Assembly (NCBI GenBank): GCA_043808545.1
Contig: JAZDEU010000002.1
Span: 1 to 32,972, forward strand
Origin: a bacterium
Lineage (GTDB): Bacteria > Patescibacteriota > Patescibacteriia > JAZDEU01
Reading direction: 5' to 3'
DNA: 32,972 bases
Positions 26,693 to 32,972 of this stretch are shown here, one piece after another (positions within the stretch are counted from its first letter, which is position 1; the number at the start of each line of letters is the position of its first letter). Under the pieces are notes generated by a model. It saw only the letters and a program-made list of their open reading frames with translations, ran no database searches and was not told where the DNA came from. The translations under genes and the position numbers were made by a program.

Positions 26693-26998
26693 AACCATAA
26701 AAAAAATTTACCACTTTATAATTCCCCCTGCATATAGGGAATTTTTCGCAGGCGGCCAGTCATCCCACTGGCGCTGAAACATTATAAATGACGAAAAGCC
26801 ATTTTAAAATTGGTAAAAAAATTTTAAGTTATGCCCATGCAGAACCTTCCCATACAGGCATCTTTAGAGGATCATCTTTCCGTCCCGTCAGAGTCTCCGG
26901 CATGCCTTTGCTTCCTGTCTGCGCCAGCCTGCGCTGGCAGGCAGGGACCCTGACGCTTCAGCGAGATAAAATGTCGCGCCTTGCAAGGTTTTATGGTT
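26693..26998 (-). ncRNA. Candidate large structured RNA (~306 nt), unassigned
   Basis: A 10-bp terminal helix encloses at least seven helices, several of which pair through G-U only on the minus strand. A terminator follows immediately. Confidence 0.6.
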
Positions 26999-27027
26999 TA
27001 GGATAAGATAAGATAAGATAATCTGTC

Positions 27028-27112
27028 GTAGGGGTACGATGCTTGTCGTAGGGACACGATGCTTCGCGCCCCTACTTTATAAAATTTCGTAGGGGTGCGA
27101 TGCTTCGCGCTC
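27028..27112. repeat. Cluster of three GTAG-family REP copies
   Basis: Copies start at 27028 (partial), 27048 (full, to 27075) and 27089 (partial), all with GTAGGG...CGATGCTT. Confidence 0.82.
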
Positions 27113-27133
27113 ATCCTTTATAGACGATGTTCT

Positions 27134-29026
27134 ATGGATCAAGTAGAAGAAATAAAACAAAAACTTGATATCGCGGATGTAATTTCAGGTTATATTAAAC
27201 TCACTCCGGCGGGAATATCTATGTTTAAGGCGAATTGCCCGTTTCATAGCGAAAAAACGCCTTCTTTTATGGTGTCCCGCGAAAAGCAAATTTTTAAATG
27301 TTTCGGATGTGGAAAAGGAGGGGATATCTTTTCTTTTGTTATGGAAATGGAAGGGGTTGATTTTAAAGAAGCGCTTGAAATTTTAGCTCAAAAAGCGGGC
27401 GTACAGCTTAAAAAACAAAGTCCAAAAATAGCAGGCGAGAAAAATAAAGTATTGGATTGTCTAGAGATGGCGTCAAAATTTTATTATCAGGTTCTCTTGA
27501 ACGCCAGCTTGGCAGAAGACGCGAGAGCCTATCTTAAAAAAAGAAAAATAAACGAAGATACGATTGATAATTTTAAAATAGGATACGCGCCAGATTCATG
27601 GGATTCTTTATACAATGCGTTAAGAAAAAAAGAATTTTACGCGAATGACATTGAAAAAGCGGGTCTCATAATAAAAAAACAAAACGCGAATGATTATTAT
27701 GATCGTTTCAGAAACAGGATTATGTTTCCGATAAAAGATGTGAACGGAAGAGTAATAGGATTTTCGGGAAGAATACTGGAACAACACCCCCCTGCCCCCC
27801 CTCAAGGGGGGAACTCGCGTTCCAATGACGGTGCGGGTACTCCGGCTAAATACATAAATACTCCGCAGACAATAATGTTTGATAAAAGCAGAGCGCTTTA
27901 CGCGATAGATAAAGCGAGAGATGAGATAAGAAAAAATAATTTAGCAGTTATCGTAGAAGGGCAAATGGATGTTATCGCGTCGCATCAGGCTGGCATAAAA
28001 AATGTTATCGCGTCTTCTGGGACGGCGCTAACCTTAGAACATTTAAAAATTATAAAAAGATATACTTCTAATATCGCTCTTTCGTTTGATGGAGATGAAG
28101 CTGGAAAAAATGCGGCTAGACGAGCCGTAGAAATCGCGCTCCCTTTTGACATGGATATTAAAATAATAAAAATATTAGGGGTGAAAGATCCAGATGAGTG
28201 CATAAGAGAAAATCCAGAGAAATGGAAACAAGCTATTTTAGACGCGCAAAAATTTATGGATTATTATTTTGATGAAACGATTGTGAGCGCTAACTTAGAA
28301 AATATTGGAGAGAAAAAAACAGCGGCGAAAAAAATGCTGGAACTTATATCAAAAATTTTTGATAAAGTAGAACAAACGCATTATTTGCAAAAACTATCAG
28401 CATATCTGAATGTGCCTGAAAATATTTTGAGAGAAGTCCTGTCTAATAAAAAAAATGTTATAAAAACAGAAGAATCAAAAAAAATTATTAAAAAAAATTA
28501 TTTCGGAGAAAAGGATATAAACGCAAAAATAGCGGAAAGAATCATATCGTTTGCAATAATATACGCGGAGAATTTACCTTATGTCGTTGCTCATCTTTTG
28601 CCTGAATTTATAACTTCGGAAAAATTAAATAACCTTTACAAACAGATTATTATATATTATACTGAAAATCAAGGAAATGAATCTTTTTTAAGCGAAAAAA
28701 ATGCTTTAAAATTTTTTAAAAATTTTGCTTTGAAAGAAGAGGCAAGAGAAGAAAAAGAATATTTTGACGAGCTTTGGATATACGGAGAAAAAGAAATTAT
28801 TGACTTTAAAGAAAGCGAAGAAATTTTAACTCCTCAAAGAATAAAATTAGAGCTGGAAAAAGGAATTTCAGAGCTTAAAGAAAGTTATAATAAAAGAAAA
28901 CTTAATTCTTTGCAAAGAGAACTTCAAAAAGCGGAAGAAGAAAATAACAAAGAAAAAATAGAATTATTTTCAAAAGAATTTAATAAAATCATGGGAGAAA
29001 TGAGCAGAAATCTTGATGATAATTAA
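27134..29026 (+). CDS. dnaG: DNA primase
   Basis: CPFHSEKTPSF...CFGC zinc finger, DRFRNRIMFPI, KYINTP, and VEGQMD/FDGDEAG TOPRIM motifs. Start placed at ATG 27134 (MDQVEEIK). Confidence 0.98.
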   Translation: MDQVEEIKQKLDIADVISGYIKLTPAGISMFKANCPFHSEKTPSFMVSREKQIFKCFGCGKGGDIFSFVMEMEGVDFKEALEILAQKAGVQLKKQSPKIAGEKNKVLDCLEMASKFYYQVLLNASLAEDARAYLKKRKINEDTIDNFKIGYAPDSWDSLYNALRKKEFYANDIEKAGLIIKKQNANDYYDRFRNRIMFPIKDVNGRVIGFSGRILEQHPPAPPQGGNSRSNDGAGTPAKYINTPQTIMFDKSRALYAIDKARDEIRKNNLAVIVEGQMDVIASHQAGIKNVIASSGTALTLEHLKIIKRYTSNIALSFDGDEAGKNAARRAVEIALPFDMDIKIIKILGVKDPDECIRENPEKWKQAILDAQKFMDYYFDETIVSANLENIGEKKTAAKKMLELISKIFDKVEQTHYLQKLSAYLNVPENILREVLSNKKNVIKTEESKKIIKKNYFGEKDINAKIAERIISFAIIYAENLPYVVAHLLPEFITSEKLNNLYKQIIIYYTENQGNESFLSEKNALKFFKNFALKEEAREEKEYFDELWIYGEKEIIDFKESEEILTPQRIKLELEKGISELKESYNKRKLNSLQRELQKAEEENNKEKIELFSKEFNKIMGEMSRNLDDN

Positions 29027-29103
29027 CGCGAAAAACACAAAACAGAACACGAAACGCGCGAAATATAATTATGCGCCGCAACTTATTTATAATATATCTA
29101 TTA

Positions 29104-29267
29104 GGCTGTAGAAAAATCTTTTTTGTCATTCCTCCGCTTCCTGCCTGCGCAGGCAGGAGCGGAGGAATATTAGATCATGCTTAAAACTGTTATTATAAAT
29201 GCAATGGATGGCGCAATAACAGATCCCTCGGCAAGCTCGGGATGACAAGGTATATTTTTCTACACCC
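29104..29267. mobile_element. 164-bp composite MITE-like element with TTA direct repeats
   Basis: TTA|GGCTGTAGAAAAAT ... ATTTTTCTACACCC|TTA. It encloses a TGTCAT doublet (29124-29247) and the 18-bp palindrome CCTGCCTGCGCAGGCAGG (29140-29157). Confidence 0.78.
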
Positions 29268-29284
29268 TTATCTATCTATATTTT

Positions 29285-30676
29285 ATGCCAACAACAAAAA
29301 ACAATAAAAATAAATTTAAAAATAAAACAAATAAGATTAAAAATCCTATTAAGAAAGTTGCGGGTAAAAAATTTATGACGAAAAAGATGCTAATGAAAAA
29401 AAAAATTACTATAAAAAACGCATCTAAAAATAAAAAAATAAAAAAAAATAATTCTTCTTCAAAAAAACATTTCAACAAAAATTTCTTTAAAAAAATAAAA
29501 CTTAAGGCGCAAAAGACCATAGAAAAAATTATTGCTCATCCTGTTAATCCGCCAACGCCCGAAATGATAAAAGAACTTATCAGGAAAGGAAGGCTAAGAG
29601 GTTTTATAACTGACTATGAAATAATGCAGAGTTTTCCTAATTTAGAATATTACATAGATATTTATGAAGATTTTTTAGATCAGATGGAAGAAAATGGCGT
29701 TCAATTTATAGAAAAAAAGGGCGGATTTTTAGGAGAAGTTTTTAAAATTGAAGCGCCATTAAAAGAAGGCGAGAAAAAGATAAGAAAAATAAGCAAGAAA
29801 AAAAGCGATGTGCTAAAAGCAGAACGAGAGGAGCGGATGGATTTAGCTGATATATCCGCAGATTCTATCCAGATGTATTTGAGAGAAATAGGCAAAGTTC
29901 ATCTTCTTTCTTCGGAAGAAGAAATCGCGCTTGCGAAAAGAAAAGAAAAAGGAGATGAGGAGGCTAAGAAAAAACTTATAGAAGCAAACTTAAGATTAGT
30001 CGTTTCCATCGCAAAAAAATTTACCGGCAAAAGTTTGACCTTGCTGGATTTAATCCAAGAAGGAAACATTGGACTATTTCGCGCTGTTGAAAAATTTGAA
30101 TATACAAAAGGATATAAATTTTCTACTTACGCGACATGGTGGATTAGACAGGCGATTACCCGCGCGCTCGCGGATCAATCAAGAACAATCAGAATACCTG
30201 TCCATATGGTAGAAACAATAAACAAATTCCAGCAAGTAGAACGGCAGCTAATTCAAGATTTAGGAAGAGAACCTCTCTCGGAAGAAATCGCCGCTGAGAT
30301 GGGAGAAGCTTTAGACAAGGTTAGACATATAATAAAAATTTCGCAAGATACTATTTCTTTAGAAACAACAATGGGAGAAGATGATGAAGATTCAACTTTA
30401 GAAGATTTTATAGAAGATGTTAAAACAATGACACCTGATAAATCCGCCGCGCTCCAGCTTCTTAAAGATTATGTAAAAGAAGTTATCACAAAATTATCGC
30501 CAAGAGAGCAAAAAATATTAGAATTAAGATTCGGTTTAACCGATGGCGTTTCGCATACTTTGGAAGAAGTTGGAAAAGAGTTTAATGTTACCCGCGAACG
30601 CATTAGACAGATTGAGGCAAAAGCATTAGAAAAAATACGAAAGCAGGATGGGATTAAGAAATTAAAAGACTATTAG
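29285..30676 (+). CDS. rpoD: RNA polymerase primary sigma factor with Lys-rich N-terminal extension
   Basis: [48 protein letters not shown] and [10 protein letters not shown] motifs; lies downstream of dnaG. Confidence 0.97.
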   Translation: MPTTKNNKNKFKNKTNKIKNPIKKVAGKKFMTKKMLMKKKITIKNASKNKKIKKNNSSSKKHFNKNFFKKIKLKAQKTIEKIIAHPVNPPTPEMIKELIRKGRLRGFITDYEIMQSFPNLEYYIDIYEDFLDQMEENGVQFIEKKGGFLGEVFKIEAPLKEGEKKIRKISKKKSDVLKAEREERMDLADISADSIQMYLREIGKVHLLSSEEEIALAKRKEKGDEEAKKKLIEANLRLVVSIAKKFTGKSLTLLDLIQEGNIGLFRAVEKFEYTKGYKFSTYATWWIRQAITRALADQSRTIRIPVHMVETINKFQQVERQLIQDLGREPLSEEIAAEMGEALDKVRHIIKISQDTISLETTMGEDDEDSTLEDFIEDVKTMTPDKSAALQLLKDYVKEVITKLSPREQKILELRFGLTDGVSHTLEEVGKEFNVTRERIRQIEAKALEKIRKQDGIKKLKDY

Positions 30677-30772
30677 GGGGCGCATGAATCAAGAAGCATG
30701 AATTATGAATCATGAATTTTTTCTCCGCCGCAGTCTCCGAAGGGACTGTGGCGCGGCAAAATATATTTCGCC

Positions 30773-30801
30773 TTGACAAATTTTGTTTTAGATATTAAAG
30801 T
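30773..30801 (+). promoter_or_regulatory. Putative tRNA-Asn promoter
   Basis: TTGACA-N17-TAAAGT. Confidence 0.5.
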
Positions 30802-30896
30802 GGTAAAAATAACTGTTTCTTCACAATTACGATAAAATTATAAAAAACAAAAAATGTTTTGTTGCTTTCTTGTTTTTTTGTTTTTTTGAGTAATAT

Positions 30897-30968
30897 TCCG
30901 GGGTAGCGCAGTGGTAGCGCAGTTGACTGTTAATCAATTGGTCGTGGGTTCGAATCCCACCCCCGGAG
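30897..30968 (+). tRNA. tRNA-Asn (GUU)
   Basis: TCCGGGGTAGCGCAGTGGTAGCGCA GTTGA CT GTT AA TCAAT...GGTTCGAATCC...CCCCGGAG; followed by CAT, not CCA. Confidence 0.96.
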
Positions 30969-32441
30969 CATTTCCGAACATTCGTTCGCTAAAAGCACCG
31001 TATCAAACGGTGTTTTTAAGTTAAATAAAAGCTTTTTGCCTTTCAATTCAAGGTTCTGAAGTATAAAATTTAGAAGTTGCCTTTTTTCATCCACTTCAGA
31101 ACTTTCAAAAATCTCATAAGCTCTTTGAGCAAGAGAAAGCACTGTATTTATCGTAGTATAATAAGTTTCATCGGCAAAAGTATGCCTTTTTAATTCCTCG
31201 TCTATTTCATACTGCCTTTCCTTGTATTCCTTTAGCTTTTGATCAAACATCTCTTCAGTAATACTGCCATCAAACCTTAAATCCATCATCCCGCTTATTC
31301 TCTTTTGGATTTTATCGTATTCCTGCCTTAAATTATTTATAGCCCTCTCGTTAAATTTATTTTGTGATTCGTTGGTTTCCCTTAATCCTTCCACGATCTC
31401 TCTTATTTTCTCATCTGATAATTGAATATTTTTTAAAACCTCTTTAATAGGTTTCATTAAATCTTCCTCCCTTACATAAATCCGTTTATCGTGCATTTTT
31501 TTGTAATTCGTACAAGAATAATAAGTATGCTCTTTCGCTCGCTCTGGCGTTATAGTACAACCGCAATCCGCACATTTTATCATCCCACGCAAAATATAGG
31601 GCTTAGAAGCGTATTTAAAGGGCTTTTTGTGCCATCCTGTCCTTATTTCTTGGGCTTTCTCAAACAATGCCTTAGAAATCAAATTCCCGTGCCTATGCGG
31701 GTATAATTTATCTTTAATCCTCATCATCCCATAATAAAAGGGATTATTGAGTATATGGTAAATAATATTATTATTTAAAGCCGTTGGCGTTTTTGTATTG
31801 CTCCTTACTCCCAATCTCGCCATCTCTTTTTTAATGGTTTGAATTGAAGCATTGCCACTCGCATACATTTCAAAAATTTTAACCACATATTGCCCTCGCA
31901 TAGGATCAGTCGTTATTTCTTTATTGCCTTTCTCATCCTCTATGTTTAAATATCCGAAAGGAGCTTTGCCTATCCATTCACCTTCTTTTATTTTATTCTC
32001 ATAAGCTCTTTTTACATTATCGCTAATTGCGTCAGAGTAATATTTTGCCAGTCCCAAATTCATCCCAAAATGAAATTTTTCAGTTGCGGATATATTGGGA
32101 GAAATCACAAGGTTATCAGAAGCAAAATGTATTTCAATCTTATCCGTCATTGCTAATTCATAAAGATAAGCAACCCTCTTGTCAAAAACATTCCTTGAAA
32201 ACCTATCAACCTTATCAAAACAAACAACAACCTTTTCAACGGTTGTTTTTAAATAATCCAAAATTCTATCAAACCCGTCTCTTTTTGTTTTATACGCACT
32301 TTCGTCAAAACTATATTCCTTTATTATTTCAAGATTTTTTCTTTTGCAATAATCTTTTAAACGGATTATTTGAGCAGGCAAAGAATTACCCGCCTCTTTT
32401 TGTTCTTCGGTTGATACTCTTGCGAGGATTATTGCTTTCAT
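30930..32441 (-). CDS. Large serine recombinase (integrase)
   Basis: ARVST catalytic Ser, DKVDRFSRN, recombinase domain (APFGY, LNNPFYYG), zinc ribbon CADCG...YYSC and a coiled coil. The C-terminus reads antisense into tRNA-Asn. Confidence 0.95.
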   Translation of the reverse strand: MKAIILARVSTEEQKEAGNSLPAQIIRLKDYCKRKNLEIIKEYSFDESAYKTKRDGFDRILDYLKTTVEKVVVCFDKVDRFSRNVFDKRVAYLYELAMTDKIEIHFASDNLVISPNISATEKFHFGMNLGLAKYYSDAISDNVKRAYENKIKEGEWIGKAPFGYLNIEDEKGNKEITTDPMRGQYVVKIFEMYASGNASIQTIKKEMARLGVRSNTKTPTALNNNIIYHILNNPFYYGMMRIKDKLYPHRHGNLISKALFEKAQEIRTGWHKKPFKYASKPYILRGMIKCADCGCTITPERAKEHTYYSCTNYKKMHDKRIYVREEDLMKPIKEVLKNIQLSDEKIREIVEGLRETNESQNKFNERAINNLRQEYDKIQKRISGMMDLRFDGSITEEMFDQKLKEYKERQYEIDEELKRHTFADETYYTTINTVLSLAQRAYEIFESSEVDEKRQLLNFILQNLELKGKKLLFNLKTPFDTVLLANECSEMLRGWDSNPRPID

Positions 32442-32972
32442 AGTTACTTAAAATAATTTTTCCAAAGGTTGCCAATTCTCATTTAAGCTAATCTTATTTT
32501 TCTGACAAGAATATTTAATAATCGGTTCGTCTTTGATAATAAAATTTATTGGTTTTAAGGCATCCTTTTTAATTTTTGTATTTGTATTAACATACCAAAT
32601 CCCATTCGCAAAAATAGTTATTCCACCCAAAAAGTTTTTTCCCAATTCTTTTATTTTTAATGCCAATGCTTTGGCCTTATCAGCCGTTTCGGGGTCTGTT
32701 GCTGTTTGTCCCTTTTTAGGGTCAAAAATGCCTATTTTGCCATTTTTAAAGCGTATTATAAAGTCTGGGTAAAATAGGGCTTCTTTATCATCAACGCTGT
32801 TATAATATTTAATAGCAAAATACTCTTTACCCTGATTACCATTTTTAAACCACCAGTCAATTTCTTTACTTTTACTTTCAAGATATTTAATAAAATTAAG
32901 CTCGTTATCTTTTCCTTTATACTCTTTAAGCACAAAACACTTATCCAAAGCGCAAAGTTTTTGCGGCACTTC
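30969..32972 (-). mobile_element. Left edge of an integrated island at tRNA-Asn
   Basis: The integrase abuts and overlaps the tRNA 3' half and is followed by restriction-type cargo. The other boundary is not in the window. Confidence 0.75.
32448..32972 (-). CDS. C-terminal fragment of a type III restriction (Res)-like helicase/endonuclease
   Basis: E..FI.YLE, WWFKNG, FYPDFII and IFDPK PD-(D/E)xK-like motifs. The frame is open to the window edge. Confidence 0.7.
   Translation of the reverse strand, partial: EVPQKLCALDKCFVLKEYKGKDNELNFIKYLESKSKEIDWWFKNGNQGKEYFAIKYYNSVDDKEALFYPDFIIRFKNGKIGIFDPKKGQTATDPETADKAKALALKIKELGKNFLGGITIFANGIWYVNTNTKIKKDALKPINFIIKDEPIIKYSCQKNKISLNENWQPLEKLF

Noticed and set aside
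26693-26998. T-box leader for cysS
   Set aside because: AAAGUGGUAAA is a poor match to GGUGGnACC, no antiterminator pairing is evident, and cysS has its own promoter downstream of the terminator.
26788-27006. 72-aa plus-strand ORF
   Set aside because: It overlaps the structured region and a palindromic repeat, and has no recognisable motifs.
27095-27133. ORF-track N-terminal extension of DnaG
   Set aside because: It starts inside a GTAG repeat; the canonical start is ATG 27134.
1617-32772. Numerous short ORFs antisense to long genes
   Set aside because: They are shadow frames of well-supported CDSs with no independent evidence.
1-32972. Recoded UGA (genetic code 25)
   Set aside because: Long conserved genes translate fully in code 11, and TGA is used as a stop (for example in the Xer recombinase).

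Overview
AT-rich bacterial chromosome segment read with the standard code 11. Its gene content and style (Lys-rich RpoD N-terminus, PBP1A with Ig-like tail, TrmB-type regulator, glgA-galT-ROK cluster, short MetK) suggest Patescibacteria/CPR; this is an inference. Housekeeping genes are metK, a cyclophilin, glgA, galT, a ROK kinase, PBP1A, an O-antigen-ligase-like protein, holA, a Xer-type recombinase, a two-component pair plus a FIST protein, suhB, cysS, dnaG and rpoD, with four tRNAs (His, Arg, Ile, Asn). At the left edge an IS5/ISL2-like element truncates a PfkB kinase. At the right edge a large-serine-recombinase island is integrated at tRNA-Asn. The main non-annotated signals are: (1) several families of small palindromic elements, nested inside one another and inserted in frame into glgA, the ligase, the Xer recombinase and dnaG; (2) two 179-bp palindromic elements with compensatory base changes; (3) a ~306-nt multi-helix RNA candidate with a terminator between cysS and dnaG; (4) a 24-bp inverted site pair around the Xer gene, each copy fused to a decapitated foreign gene; (5) a promoter-hairpin-terminator small RNA antisense to the 3' end of a frameshifted NYN nuclease gene. 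All calls were made by eye, with no searches run.
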